Positions 10,939 to 20,969 of a stretch of 64,000 nucleotides of DNA are shown here, in pieces. Numbering within the stretch: the stretch's first letter is position 1; every line of letters begins with the position of its first letter. The notes beneath the pieces are model-generated. The model was not told where the DNA came from and ran no database searches. It was given only the letters and a program-made list of their open reading frames with translations. The position numbers and the translations under genes were made by a program. Source of the DNA: Gammaproteobacteria bacterium (lineage in GTDB: Bacteria > Pseudomonadota > Gammaproteobacteria > Eutrophobiales > Eutrophobiaceae); assembly GCA_021773245.1 (NCBI GenBank), contig JAJFKK010000038.1:102-64101 (forward strand), read 5' to 3'.

Positions 10939-11500
10939 CAAAGACACAATAGATTGTGACACTCCTGTCACGATTATTGTTAAACGTCGACCTAAACAGG
11001 ATCGTATTGCCGACTTCGAAGAAGTGATGTCAGGAACGACCAAAGATGCGATGACCTTCGAAGGCCATTTAGGTGCAAATATTATCAAACCTACAAAGGC
11101 GGGTGATTATTATCGGATTGTTTTTAAATTCGACTCAATGCGTCATTATCTGGCATGGGAAAATTCAGAAGTCAGAGAAAGATGGTTAGAGCGTTATGCG
11201 GAAGTAACTATAGGTGAACAAGAGATAGAAGTGCTTAGTGGTCTTGAGACCTGGTTTACTTTGCCCGGTGGTGAAACTTTGATGCCACCACCGAAACATA
11301 AGATGTTGATTATCGTTTGGATATCCATATTCTCTCTTTCTTTGTTCATGCATTTCTTTTTGTTACCGTTTATTAGTTATCTTGAAACTATCACGCAAAT
11401 CGCATTAACTTCATTTATTGTTGTTCTGCTTATGACATATATCGTAATGCCGTATATGGCAAAAATATTTCACCGATGGTTACATTGTAATAAAAATTAG
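10922..11500 (+). CDS. ABM (antibiotic biosynthesis monooxygenase-like) domain protein with C-terminal TM region
   Basis: 192 aa; PVTIIVKRRPK...F.GHLG..I.P....YRIVFKFDS..HYLAWENSE.R..WL pattern plus two hydrophobic helices. Confidence 0.5.
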   Translation: MGQTTNKDTIDCDTPVTIIVKRRPKQDRIADFEEVMSGTTKDAMTFEGHLGANIIKPTKAGDYYRIVFKFDSMRHYLAWENSEVRERWLERYAEVTIGEQEIEVLSGLETWFTLPGGETLMPPPKHKMLIIVWISIFSLSLFMHFFLLPFISYLETITQIALTSFIVVLLMTYIVMPYMAKIFHRWLHCNKN

Positions 11501-11647
11501 CGAGACACCTATAACTGCGTATGCTTCTATCATTCATGAAGAAATACGCTATTAATTTATTTCATAATTCATAATATTGATCCAAGTCAAAACAAATAAT
11601 ATTTGCTTGCATAGACTAGTACCATCTTAAGCAATGGACTTGATTAT

Positions 11648-11860
11648 ATGAATCAGGAAAAAGTTGAATTATTAGCAAAAAAAGCAGAGTTTGAGCAACG
11701 GCTCAAAAAAATCCAGATAGATGTAGCGTCAGGATTAAGTGCTGATTCCGAAGAACGGGCGACAGAACTGGAAAATTATGACGTTCTAATCGAAATTGCA
11801 CGAGTCACGCAACAAGAGCTTGAGTCGATTGAGAAGAAACTGCAGCAACTTGATGAATAA
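11648..11860 (+). CDS. Hypothetical coiled-coil protein
   Basis: 70-aa ORF in an otherwise empty intergenic region; no recognised domain. Confidence 0.35.
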   Translation: MNQEKVELLAKKAEFEQRLKKIQIDVASGLSADSEERATELENYDVLIEIARVTQQELESIEKKLQQLDE

Positions 11861-12035
11861 CTATAACTTATTGATAAAAAACATCAAAATAGCCTTGTTT
11901 TAAGGACTTAAATTACTTCAATTTAACGACATATTGACTCGGAATTGTCCTGAAATCGTCATAAAACCAAACTATACTTTTATGGTATAGAGATTGCTTT
12001 AGTTACATAGACTAATACACCTGAGGAGGTGTTCT

Positions 12036-12323
12036 ATGATTCCTACTAATGTTATGCCGTTTCCAGAAGTTCAATACAGTTTGCGCTGTGGCGTTTGTCC
12101 AAAATGTGGAAAGAGTGATGGCTTTGTCAATCTAGGAAAAGAGCATTGGTTTATCTGTCGTGTTCACAAATCAAAATGGTTCGTTGGTATTAACCTATTT
12201 GAAGGTTGGAAAAATCAAACTGTGGCACAGGCAGAAAGTATTGAGCTAATGCTAAGTAGTTATAAGGAAGTCGTTCCTGTAAGAGCAATTGATGAAGAAC
12301 AAAAAGTAGGCAATATCATATAG
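12036..12323 (+). CDS. Hypothetical protein with CxxC..C zinc-ribbon-like motif
   Basis: 95 aa; strong GAGGAGG Shine-Dalgarno upstream; CGVCPKCG motif. Confidence 0.45.
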   Translation: MIPTNVMPFPEVQYSLRCGVCPKCGKSDGFVNLGKEHWFICRVHKSKWFVGINLFEGWKNQTVAQAESIELMLSSYKEVVPVRAIDEEQKVGNII

Positions 12324-12369
12324 TTTTTTAATTAAATAGTTTCTTCTCCCCCCTTAGCTGACATGCGCT

Positions 12370-12407
12370 ATTTCCTCTGGTTGAAATACCAGAGGAAATT
12401 TCTTTTT
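12370..12407. terminator. Rho-independent terminator between convergent genes
   Basis: Perfect 12-bp stem ATTTCCTCTGGT/ACCAGAGGAAAT, 6-nt loop, followed by TTCTTTTT. Confidence 0.65.
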
Positions 12408-12420
12408 ATTACATTACATT

Positions 12421-12915
12421 TCACTTAGCCAACGCCTGTCTGATCCGTAGATCAACATTCTGTTTAACCATCACATCACTAACGCCAGCAGGACGTTTAT
12501 AAACCACTTTTTTATCTTTACCGATAACATAGACAGAAGGGGTGCCTTTAATACCAAATTGGCTTGCTACTTCATCACCCTCTAATAACATAGTGTATGT
12601 AAATCCTTTGCTTTCAAAGTATTCAGACGGGTTTATCTTTCCATCTTCATAAATATCGATTGCATAAAATTTAACCTTTTTATTTCGATACTTTCGATAA
12701 ATCACTTCCAGATGCGGCATTAAAGTGGCGCAATAGGGGCACCAGGTTGCCCAAAAGATAACAACAGATACTTTATCCTCGCTATCTTGATAATAATCCA
12801 ATGATTCAGATAGGTTGGTTTGTAAGCTCCAGTTTGGTGCGGTACCACCTATTGTCAGAGGCGGTTCTGCATAGACTATAGAAATAGAAAGCATAAACAG
12901 TAGGAGTATTCGCAT
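12421..12915 (-). CDS. TlpA-like thioredoxin-fold thiol:disulfide oxidoreductase (secreted)
   Basis: WATWCPYC active site; start moved to internal Met giving signal peptide MRILLLFMLSISIVYA. Confidence 0.8.
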   Translation of the reverse strand: MRILLLFMLSISIVYAEPPLTIGGTAPNWSLQTNLSESLDYYQDSEDKVSVVIFWATWCPYCATLMPHLEVIYRKYRNKKVKFYAIDIYEDGKINPSEYFESKGFTYTMLLEGDEVASQFGIKGTPSVYVIGKDKKVVYKRPAGVSDVMVKQNVDLRIRQALAK

Positions 12916-13087
12916 AATGGTAACCTTATCTTTAATGTAAATCGTATTAAAACTAGATGAGTATGAATAATAAAAGTTCATACTCTTGCTAGCATCATTT
13001 AAAATGATGTGCTTATTTTGAAACATATAATTGAAAATGGAAAGTTTACTTCAAAACTCACTGACAAATAATCGACATATAGTTTTA

Positions 13088-13645
13088 ATGCGATGGCTTA
13101 TCGTTATTTCGTGTCTTATCTATAACATTGAGTCTTTTTCTCAGGCAGGAGATGTATTAATTGTTAATGAAAGTCTGGTTAACGTCAGAGTGAAGCCAAA
13201 TACGGATGCTGAAGTTTTACTTAAATTACAACGTGATCGTAAAGTGACAGAAATTCAGCGTGATGGTAATTGGGTTGAAGTTGAAACACACCGCGAAGAT
13301 AAAAGAACAGGTTGGATACATAAATCATTACTTAGCAAAGCAACAGTTTCAAAAAATACCTCTTCACCAACACGGTTTGATAATTTCATGCAGCGTTTTA
13401 ATAATCATATTGAAGTTATTACAAAGCAAAGTGGTACACTCTATTTCTCAGAGGTAGAGCATAAAGGACAGGGGCAATTAAAAATTATCGCTACACAAGC
13501 ATGGGTTAGTAGTGATATTGAAACGCGTAATAATTCGTTAAGTGAAATATTTCGCCTCTGGAGTGATGTATCGCCAGTAGGGAGTTCAATATCAATACAA
13601 GTATTAGATGAACAAGGTGAAAAATATACTGTGATGTTGCGCTAG
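13088..13645 (+). CDS. Bacterial SH3-domain protein (secreted)
   Basis: LVNVRVKPNTDAEVLLKL.RD.KV.E....GNWV.V SH3b pattern; start chosen at MRWLIVISCL signal peptide (ORF track starts at TTG 13031); start uncertain. Confidence 0.55.
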   Translation: MRWLIVISCLIYNIESFSQAGDVLIVNESLVNVRVKPNTDAEVLLKLQRDRKVTEIQRDGNWVEVETHREDKRTGWIHKSLLSKATVSKNTSSPTRFDNFMQRFNNHIEVITKQSGTLYFSEVEHKGQGQLKIIATQAWVSSDIETRNNSLSEIFRLWSDVSPVGSSISIQVLDEQGEKYTVMLR

Positions 13646-13674
13646 AATGATAAAAAATTGAATCAATAAAAAAC

Positions 13675-14271
13675 ATGTTAGTAGAAATCATTAAACAGCA
13701 GCATCTCGAATTACGCGAACTTTTCATGCGCCATCAAGAAATGCTATTACAAATGCAATTTGAAGATGCAAAAATATGGTTAGAGCATTTTTATGTTTGT
13801 CAGAAGGCACATATGAAAATTGAAGAAAGCTATCTTTTTCCGGAATTTGCCAAAATAGAGCGAACATCAAAATGGGATGTAAGCCTCTATGAAAAAGAGC
13901 ATGATAAGATCAACCAGCTCTATGAAAATATCGTTAATGATCTAAATTGGTTAAGTGAGCAAAAACTAGATCAATCACAAAAACGCAGAAACATCATTGC
14001 CTTGCTTGATAAAGAAAAAACCTTAAAGGGTTTAAACGAACATCATGAAGAGCGTGAAGAAGAAGCGATGTTAAAAGAATTAGATGACGCCTACATGGAT
14101 GTAGGTGGTACGACTCCAGGGAAGGAGGAGGTAATGTTGCGCCGGGAGCAGCAACCGAGAGCCGAGTCAGGAACAGAGGCCGAGAGAGCTAAAAAATATA
14201 AACAGCTACAATTAGATATTAAACTTACCTGGGCAGAAGTAATCGCCTCAGTAAGAGAAACCTCGATATAA
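13675..14271 (+). CDS. Hemerythrin-HHE-like protein carrying an in-frame GC-rich repeat insertion
   Basis: 198 aa; H..L......H...EE..LFPEF pattern; residues ~139-175 are encoded by repeat copy A. Confidence 0.5.
   Translation: MLVEIIKQQHLELRELFMRHQEMLLQMQFEDAKIWLEHFYVCQKAHMKIEESYLFPEFAKIERTSKWDVSLYEKEHDKINQLYENIVNDLNWLSEQKLDQSQKRRNIIALLDKEKTLKGLNEHHEEREEEAMLKELDDAYMDVGGTTPGKEEVMLRREQQPRAESGTEAERAKKYKQLQLDIKLTWAEVIASVRETSI
14089..14195 (+). repeat. GC-rich ~100-bp repeat family, copy A (inside a CDS)
   Basis: GCCTACATGGATGTAGGTGGTACGACTCCAGGG...GCGCCGGGAGCAGCAACCGAGAG...; aligns with the reverse complement of 22669-22771. Confidence 0.8.
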
Positions 14272-14286
14272 AATAAAGGTATTACG

Positions 14287-15603
14287 ATGAATAAAAAATT
14301 ATTAGTTTCTATCTTACTTTGCATCTTATCTGTCAGTGTTATGGCCGAAACTGATCTTTCAAGTATAGAAGCACAAGAACGCGCTCAAATTATTTCAGAA
14401 TTAACTTATAAGCTTGAAACAAAAGAAAACTGTACACAAACATTAAATTGGGATGATTCAGGATCCGGCGCCGATTTAGACGGATATTTTTTCATTCCAA
14501 ATGCAAAGAATTCTGAGTTTATTATAGGTGGCCATGCTTCAGGAAAAAGAAGTTCTAAATACCATTGCGTAACAACCGTGAGTGAAGCAACGGGTAACCC
14601 AAAAGAAACGCCAGTATTATTAGTTGCTCCGGTAGACTGGAAACGGATCTGGAAAGATTCAGGTAGTGGAGCAACAAAAGATGGATCATTTTGGCAAGCT
14701 ATTCCGCCTGATGATAATTACAAATGTATCGGTAGTGTTTCACAACTGACTCATAATCAAAAACCGCAGTTAGCCAACTATCGATGTGTACATATAAGTT
14801 TGACAGATAAAATAGACGCAGCATCTGTCGTTTGGTCAGACAAAGGTACCGGGGCAGAACAACAGGTCACCATCTTTAATCTACCTAATACAGGCACTTT
14901 CACTGCGGTAGCATCAAGAGCAAGTAATATAACAACCTATAATCTTAAAAAGAACGCGACCAGTGTTCCAGATCCTAAAAAGGTAGAAGAAATATTAGCG
15001 AAAAGAATTGCGCCAATTAAAGCTGATATAGAAGCAAAGACAAAAGCCCTACAGGAACAAAAAGAAGCTGCTAAAAATGAAGAGGCAGCTAAGCAAGCGG
15101 CGAATAAAGCAGCAGCTAAAAAAGCAGAGCAGAAAAAAATAGCTGCAGCAGCAGAAGAAAAGAAAAAACAGGAAGTGGAGAAACAAAAAGCATTAACTGC
15201 ACAAGTTGAAGCTAGACAAGATGATAATTCTGAAGAAGAAGCGCAAGAATTAAAAGAAGAGCAGCAAGCTCGTATAGCAAAAGCAATGGAAGAAAAAGCC
15301 GCTGCGAAAGAAGCAAAACAAAAAGAAGCAGTGGCAAAGCAAGTTCAGGAAGAAAAAGCTAAAAAAGAAGAAACAAAATCAGAACCAAAAGACGAAATTG
15401 TAGCGGAACAAGCAGCGAAAATAGAGCGCGAAGAAACAAGCACTGAGATTACAAGTTCAAGCGAACCTAAAAATGAAACTAAAGGTCTGAATGATATATT
15501 GATGTTTTTTCTGAAAATATTCGGAATGATGATTGGTGGCGTTATCATCTTCATGATTGTTTTCAAGGTGCTTTTTGGGAAGAAAATGCCTACAGGGAAG
15601 TAG
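14287..15603 (+). CDS. Secreted/membrane-anchored protein with three W-D/S-D-x-G-S/T-G-A repeats (Vps62/DUF946-like), a K/A/E-rich low-complexity region and a C-terminal TM helix
   Basis: 438 aa; signal peptide; WDDSGSGADLDGYFF, WKDSGSGATKDGSFW, WSDKGTGAEQQVTIF; last codons PTGK-stop lie in repeat copy C1. Confidence 0.5.
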   Translation: MNKKLLVSILLCILSVSVMAETDLSSIEAQERAQIISELTYKLETKENCTQTLNWDDSGSGADLDGYFFIPNAKNSEFIIGGHASGKRSSKYHCVTTVSEATGNPKETPVLLVAPVDWKRIWKDSGSGATKDGSFWQAIPPDDNYKCIGSVSQLTHNQKPQLANYRCVHISLTDKIDAASVVWSDKGTGAEQQVTIFNLPNTGTFTAVASRASNITTYNLKKNATSVPDPKKVEEILAKRIAPIKADIEAKTKALQEQKEAAKNEEAAKQAANKAAAKKAEQKKIAAAAEEKKKQEVEKQKALTAQVEARQDDNSEEEAQELKEEQQARIAKAMEEKAAAKEAKQKEAVAKQVQEEKAKKEETKSEPKDEIVAEQAAKIEREETSTEITSSSEPKNETKGLNDILMFFLKIFGMMIGGVIIFMIVFKVLFGKKMPTGK

Positions 15604-15697
15604 GTAGTAGAGTCGAGTCTGGAACGGAGACCGAAAGAAGTAACACCTACATGGACGATGGAAAGGAAGTTGAGTCTGGAACGGAGACCGAAAAAGA
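15588..15697 (+). repeat. GC-rich repeat family, two tandem short (~52 bp) variants C1 and C2
   Basis: GCCTACAGGGAAGTAGG..AGAGTCGAGTCTGGAACGGAGACCGAAA, then ACCTACATGGACGATGG..GAGTCTGGAACGGAGACCGAAAAAG. Confidence 0.75.
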
Positions 15698-15762
15698 CAA
15701 ATAATTAAAGTGAAGCTGTTTTAGGTCGATATAAATAATGAATCGAATGAAACAGGTTAGTT

Positions 15763-16137
15763 ATGAGTTTTCAATGCAAAAGATGTGATAAAGAGATGAT
15801 GACCGTTTTTTATGAAGGGGTCGCCATTCAGTTATGCATGAGTTGTAAAGGGATTTACCTCAGCAAGAAGAAGCTTGAAATCATTAAAGATTCGCGAGAA
15901 ATAGATATCCCTGAAGACACCCCCATTCCTCGCAATGGACCTGAAGTTCGCCGACATTGTCCCAAATGCGACATCAGCATGAAAAAAATAAAACACGGCA
16001 ATATTCGTACAACAATGATAGATTTCTGTGAAGATTGTAGTGGACTATGGTTAGATAAAGGTGAGTTGGCCTCAATTCAATTTAGCTACGAAATTGCTGA
16101 AAAAAATCAGTTCCGCAATCAACTTAGACGAGCCTAG
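15763..16137 (+). CDS. zf-TFIIB-type zinc-ribbon domain protein (two copies)
   Basis: 124 aa; C.RC...M........I..C..C.G and CPKC...M..........IDFCEDCSGLWLDKGEL. Confidence 0.7.
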   Translation: MSFQCKRCDKEMMTVFYEGVAIQLCMSCKGIYLSKKKLEIIKDSREIDIPEDTPIPRNGPEVRRHCPKCDISMKKIKHGNIRTTMIDFCEDCSGLWLDKGELASIQFSYEIAEKNQFRNQLRRA

Positions 16138-16201
16138 AAAGACATTAATTTTCCTGCGGCAAAAGAGCGCATGTTTCGCGTTAATATGAAGGCTATCTTT
16201 A

Positions 16202-16235
16202 CTTTAAAACTCCCGCCAAATCAGGCAAAGTAATA
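16202..16235 (+). repeat. 34-nt junction motif, copy e
   Basis: CTTTAAAACTCCCGCCAAATCAGGCAAAGTAATA, upstream of the DUF4870 gene. Confidence 0.5.
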
Positions 16236-16323
16236 CCAGAAGGGGAGATCACTACATTGGCAGTAGTGATTAAGGGAAATATGATTTTCACAAAGACCAT
16301 CAGGCATTGCTGGCAACTGCACT

Positions 16324-17355
16324 ATGAGTAAAACGACATCAGTACTTTTACTTCTTATTGGAATGCTTCTGTTCTTGGGGAGTTGTGCGCCTTTTGGTTA
16401 TGCTATTTACTATGAGACTGTCATCGATTCAACTCAAAATCATTTTCTTTCCGATGTTGGCAGGTCTAACGAAGTAACCTTTAATTCTAGCCCGGGGTCG
16501 TTGGCACGGCTTGCCGTCGAAGCTCATATTACGACTAGTTCTGTGCAAGAAGATCCGGAAGATTTTTCTGATGATTATTTTGCTCGTTTTAAATTTCCTG
16601 TTAATTACAGTATCAGTGATGCTAATGGGAAGATTCTGATTAAAGAGAACGTTGCCTTGGTGTGGAAAGATGGTGGTCATGTATCAAAAAGTAATGAAGA
16701 AACGACAAGCACTAGTGGCTCTCTGACGGCCAAGATCAGTTTTGATAAATTTACTGTACCGGATAATGGTAATTTTATTGTTGCTATCGAAGTGAGTCCG
16801 GATACGACTTATGAAGCTAATGCGTCATCGTTAAAATTATATTTGTATGAAGGGATGATCGATAATACCTGGTATATCGTTGCCGGAGTCGCGATGTTTT
16901 TCATTGGCTTTATTCTGGCATTGATTGGTTTTATCATTTTCGTAACGAATACAACAAATGAGAACTATCAGCAACAACTCTCAGAGTCAGGCACGATAGG
17001 AAATACGGCTCAAGCTACTGTAGATGCTAATCAACAAGCGATGTTTATTCAGCTGTCTGCCTTTGCCGGTTATATTATCCCGCTCGGAAGTATTATCGTG
17101 CCACTTATTTTATGGCAAGTATGGAAGGATAAAGATCCTTACGTTGATAAAATGGGACGAGAGGCGGTTAATTTTCAACTAAGTATGGCACTCTATTACA
17201 TTATCTGTTTATTTCTGATGTTTATTCTCATTGGTATAATATTAATTTTCTTTGTTATGATTTTTCATCTAACCTTCGTTATTATTGGCACCGTGCAAAC
17301 ATCTCGTGGCGTCGATTATCGTTATCCTATGATTATCCGCTTTATTAAACCTTAA
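16324..17355 (+). CDS. Membrane protein with C-terminal DUF4870-like domain
   Basis: 343 aa; lipoprotein-like N-terminus, C-terminal REAVNFQLSMALYYII.. multi-TM pattern. Confidence 0.55.
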   Translation: MSKTTSVLLLLIGMLLFLGSCAPFGYAIYYETVIDSTQNHFLSDVGRSNEVTFNSSPGSLARLAVEAHITTSSVQEDPEDFSDDYFARFKFPVNYSISDANGKILIKENVALVWKDGGHVSKSNEETTSTSGSLTAKISFDKFTVPDNGNFIVAIEVSPDTTYEANASSLKLYLYEGMIDNTWYIVAGVAMFFIGFILALIGFIIFVTNTTNENYQQQLSESGTIGNTAQATVDANQQAMFIQLSAFAGYIIPLGSIIVPLILWQVWKDKDPYVDKMGREAVNFQLSMALYYIICLFLMFILIGIILIFFVMIFHLTFVIIGTVQTSRGVDYRYPMIIRFIKP

Positions 17356-17369
17356 ACTGGAGTTGTAAA

Positions 17370-17546
17370 ATGAAGTTAGCTGTCATGATTTTGAATTCGA
17401 TGTTTTTGTTATTATTTATCAGTGCTGTTATCGGTGAATGGGGTGAGCCTCCAGCAATTATTTCTGGTATTGCCATCCTCAGTATAGTCATTAATTCTGT
17501 TTTTATTCTTGTTAAAACAAAAAATGATTTTGAATATGAAAAATGA
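17370..17546 (+). CDS. Small two-TM membrane protein (58 aa, below the ORF-track cutoff)
   Basis: GGAG Shine-Dalgarno 9 nt upstream of ATG; MKLAVMILNSMFLLLFISAVIGEW...; preferred over antisense ORF 17345..17572. Confidence 0.4.
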   Translation: MKLAVMILNSMFLLLFISAVIGEWGEPPAIISGIAILSIVINSVFILVKTKNDFEYEK

Positions 17547-17629
17547 ACGTATTTATTTAAAGCCTTCCTCAAGATAGTTAGCGCTACCCATAATTCATAT
17601 TATTTTTAATAGCACTCGGAGCACACCCT

Positions 17630-18175
17630 ATGGGCAATTCATTAATCGATCAGATGAAGAAAGCGGGCTTGGTTAACAAAAGTAAAGCAAGTAAGGCTAA
17701 GCATGATCAATACAAAAATAAAAAGCAGAAAGCAAAGAAAGGTTCGGCTGTAGAATTAGATGAAGCGAAGTTGTTGGCTCAAAAAGCACAGGCCGAAAAA
17801 GCAGAACGTGATCGACAGATTAATCTAAAAAATAAAGAAGAAGCAGAACGAAAAGCTGTTGCTGCACAAATTATCCAATTAATTGAAACGAATCGTGTTG
17901 CCGATCGTGATGGTGAGATTGTTTATAATTTTACGGATGATAAGGTGGTGAAACGACTTTTTGTTTCTGAGAAGATTTATCAGCATCTTATGTCTGGAAA
18001 GCTTTCTATCGCTAAATTAGCTGATGGGTATGAATTAGTCCCTAAAGCAGTCGCTGAAAAAATAAAACAACGTGATGCGAAATGTATCATTAAAAATGAA
18101 GAAACTATCGAACAAGTAGAAGGTGAAGACGATCCTTATGCCGATTATAAGATTCCAGATGATTTGATTTGGTAA
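17630..18175 (+). CDS. DUF2058 (YaiL-like) protein
   Basis: 181 aa; MGNSL.DQ.KKAGLV...K..K and C-terminal DDPYADYKIPDDLIW typical of YaiL/DUF2058. Confidence 0.75.
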   Translation: MGNSLIDQMKKAGLVNKSKASKAKHDQYKNKKQKAKKGSAVELDEAKLLAQKAQAEKAERDRQINLKNKEEAERKAVAAQIIQLIETNRVADRDGEIVYNFTDDKVVKRLFVSEKIYQHLMSGKLSIAKLADGYELVPKAVAEKIKQRDAKCIIKNEETIEQVEGEDDPYADYKIPDDLIW

Positions 18176-18213
18176 GTTAAATTATTAGATGTGATTCAAG
18201 GTTTGGAGAAAAA

Positions 18214-18822
18214 ATGATGATACAAATAAGGCAATTTATTAAACATTTCCTAGGAAGAGTAAGTTTCTCTAAATTTTTCTACATGTTGTTTTTCTTGTTA
18301 ATGTCATTAAGTGTCTCATCGGAGACTACAAGTGATATTGACCCACGTTTATCCGAGTCTAGATCAGCAGTTAAAGCGTTTGGCGGTCAGTTAGTGAAAG
18401 AACTTAAACATGCTTTGCAAGAGGGTGGCCCGGTTAAAGCGATTAAGGTATGTAATATCGAAGCACCACAAATTGGCAATACTCTTTCTGATGAAAATGC
18501 TTTGCAGATAGGGCGCACGTCTTTGAAAACACGTAACCCAAATAATAAGCCGGATATGTGGGAACAAGCTGTTTTGGAACAATTTGAAGAACGAAAGCAA
18601 AAAGGCGAAGAATTAGCGAAGCTTGAATTTTATCAAGAGACGGAAGAGGGTTTTCGTTATATGAAAGCGATTCCTACCAAAGGACTATGCTTGACTTGCC
18701 ATGGCGAAGCATTATCTGAACCTGTTAAAGCAACACTAGCAGAATATTATCCGAACGATTCAGCAACAGGTTTTAAAATTGGTGATATTCGAGGGGCGTT
18801 TACGGTAATCAAAAAGAATTAG
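18214..18822 (+). CDS. DUF3365 (Tll0287-like) heme-binding protein
   Basis: 202 aa; signal peptide, CLTCHG heme-c motif, GDIRGAFTV C-terminus. Confidence 0.65.
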   Translation: MMIQIRQFIKHFLGRVSFSKFFYMLFFLLMSLSVSSETTSDIDPRLSESRSAVKAFGGQLVKELKHALQEGGPVKAIKVCNIEAPQIGNTLSDENALQIGRTSLKTRNPNNKPDMWEQAVLEQFEERKQKGEELAKLEFYQETEEGFRYMKAIPTKGLCLTCHGEALSEPVKATLAEYYPNDSATGFKIGDIRGAFTVIKKN

Positions 18823-19103
18823 AAACAAATTCTATTTCGGCCAAAATTTTTAGTTTTTCTGCATAGAATACTATCGGTGGATTTTCACCGAGTTTACGGT
18901 CAGTAGTACGATGGAAGTTATAGGTGTTTGCAATGCTTAGCCGCAACATGCGATTTTTCTGGATGATTTTGGTCATTTTGATTATCCCAGATAGCTTTTC
19001 TTGCTGTTATACTAGGAGTCAATTTTTAAGCAGATTTTTGATCTGGATTAAAAATATCTAAAAAATTTAACCTACAATTAAAACAATAAGGCATATAAAG
19101 ATA

Positions 19104-19514
19104 ATGAGTAATGTAACAACGTGGGCTGTACTGTGTGACGGTAGATATATCAAAGTAATGATTAATAAGAGCGATGATAAAAAACTGTCAGTATTAGATG
19201 CAGATAAGAACGAAGATTTGGCCGCGCTTTGCTATAAGATGGTTAATAGTAAACCGGAATTTTCGCTAAAAGGTTCTGTTAAGGCAAAAAGTATTGATTT
19301 TATTGAATTACAAGCCGGTTTTCTGGCTGAACAATATGAAAAAGAATTATTTGATCGCTTGGTTATTGCAGCACCAGTCGATGTGATTAAAACGTTGCGT
19401 GCTGTTTTACCGGAAAACATAAATAAATTGGTTGCCGGTGAGTTGCCGGAAGATTTAACAACGAAGTCTTCTGATATTATTGAAGATAAGCTGGCGGACA
19501 TTATTGCTGCATAA
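19104..19514 (+). CDS. Host-attachment-protein-like family protein
   Basis: 136 aa; N-terminal TTWAVLCDG....V pattern; weak recognition. Confidence 0.45.
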   Translation: MSNVTTWAVLCDGRYIKVMINKSDDKKLSVLDADKNEDLAALCYKMVNSKPEFSLKGSVKAKSIDFIELQAGFLAEQYEKELFDRLVIAAPVDVIKTLRAVLPENINKLVAGELPEDLTTKSSDIIEDKLADIIAA

Positions 19515-19540
19515 TAGAAAAAATAGTGGGGTGCTAGATT

Positions 19541-19855
19541 ATGCTAATAACTTTTGAATCGAATGCACATACTGACGTAACGATGTTTGCAGATATTGCT
19601 AAATCATTAATTAAGATGATGGGGCACAGTGGCACGATACCAAGTGCGATTGCGGCAAAGGATATTCAAGCCTCACTGGAGCGACTAAAAAAAGCTCTAG
19701 AAGCTGAATCGCAAGAGGATCTTGATGAAGATGTTAATGAAAACGAAGATGAAGAAGAAACAGAGGTAAGTATGTCTGGTCGTGCATTTCCATTAATAGA
19801 AATGTTGAAGGCAGCCGCTAAAGAAGAACAGCCTATTATGTGGTACCAAAAATAA
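19541..19855 (+). CDS. DUF1840-like protein
   Basis: 104 aa; MLITFES.AH.DVTMF.D.A..L...MGHSG..P.AI pattern. Confidence 0.6.
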   Translation: MLITFESNAHTDVTMFADIAKSLIKMMGHSGTIPSAIAAKDIQASLERLKKALEAESQEDLDEDVNENEDEEETEVSMSGRAFPLIEMLKAAAKEEQPIMWYQK

Positions 19856-19959
19856 TTGCTGTATAAGCAGATATAATGCTTATTGCGTCAGCATTATGTA
19901 ATTATCGTATAATCTATAAAAAACATTAATAGAAAATCCCAACGTGATAACATCGCTTG

Positions 19960-20847
19960 ATGTATTCATGGTCACCCACATTAGCCCTTCTTGTTTGTCA
20001 TTCGATTACCGGTACAGCTTCGGTTTTGATGCGTTACTTTGTCAATTATCTAGATCCTGTTGAAATCGCGTTTTTACGCTATTTGTTGGGCGGCTTATTT
20101 ATATTGCCGTTATTTTTTATCTATCGAAACCCAAACTTAACGCGAAGTTTATTTTTTAAATCGATGGCATTGGGTATTTTGTTTTTTGGATTATTCCCAT
20201 ACTTGTTTGCGCAAGCCTTTGTTTATACCAGTGCGGCACGTGGTGCGCTCGTATTGGCCACTATGCCGATATGGACTATGTTGATTGCTAAAGCGATTGG
20301 TCATGAAAAAGTGAATGTTTTTTCATTAGTAGCTATATTTTTGACATTGGTCGGTTTATTTATTTCACTATCCGATAAATTATTTATGCCAGTGGATGCC
20401 GCTGTTACATATAAAGGCGAGTTAATTATGTTGCTTGCTGCTATATGTGGTGCTGTCTATGCGATATTTGCTCGACCTGTTTTAAAACAAATTCCTGCTA
20501 CAACCATGACACCAATAGCGATGTTGGCCGGTTGTACGGTTTTATTTCCGTTTGCCGTTGCCGGCGGTGTTGATGAACATGTGTTGTCCTTATCTAATAT
20601 GCAATTGGGATTAGTGATTTATGTGGGGATTGTTACAGGAGGTATTGCTTTCTTTTTATTCAGCTGGGTTTTAACCAGAACTACTGCGACGTTCAATACT
20701 ATGTTTGTGACATTAAACCCTATCGTCGCTATCTTTTTAGGATATCTGTTCTTAGGGGAAGTAATTCATCTAAACTTCATCATCGGTGTATTGATTGTTT
20801 TTAGCGGACTTGGTCTAGCTGTTTATTCGCAACGAAAACATAGCTAA
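19960..20847 (+). CDS. DMT/EamA-family transporter
   Basis: ~10 TM helices; two EamA-like halves; ATG at 19960 preferred to TTG at 19957. Confidence 0.75.
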   Translation: MYSWSPTLALLVCHSITGTASVLMRYFVNYLDPVEIAFLRYLLGGLFILPLFFIYRNPNLTRSLFFKSMALGILFFGLFPYLFAQAFVYTSAARGALVLATMPIWTMLIAKAIGHEKVNVFSLVAIFLTLVGLFISLSDKLFMPVDAAVTYKGELIMLLAAICGAVYAIFARPVLKQIPATTMTPIAMLAGCTVLFPFAVAGGVDEHVLSLSNMQLGLVIYVGIVTGGIAFFLFSWVLTRTTATFNTMFVTLNPIVAIFLGYLFLGEVIHLNFIIGVLIVFSGLGLAVYSQRKHS

Positions 20848-20969
20848 AAAAACCAAATTTTATTGTATTAATTAAGCGACTATTTTTTGATCGAGAACAA
20901 AAAATAGCTTCCCACCTAGTATTATTATTTAAATAAGGATTATTTAGTAATGATGTAGCAGGGGGATTT

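Noticed and set aside
17345-17572. 75-aa minus-strand ORF
   Set aside because: A plus-strand 58-aa two-TM ORF with a GGAG Shine-Dalgarno occupies the same DNA in operon orientation. The minus-strand ORF has no ribosome-binding site or motifs.
18850-19010. Possible small RNA in the 280-nt gap between the DUF3365 and host-attachment-like genes
   Set aside because: I could identify no convincing promoter, stable hairpin or terminator.
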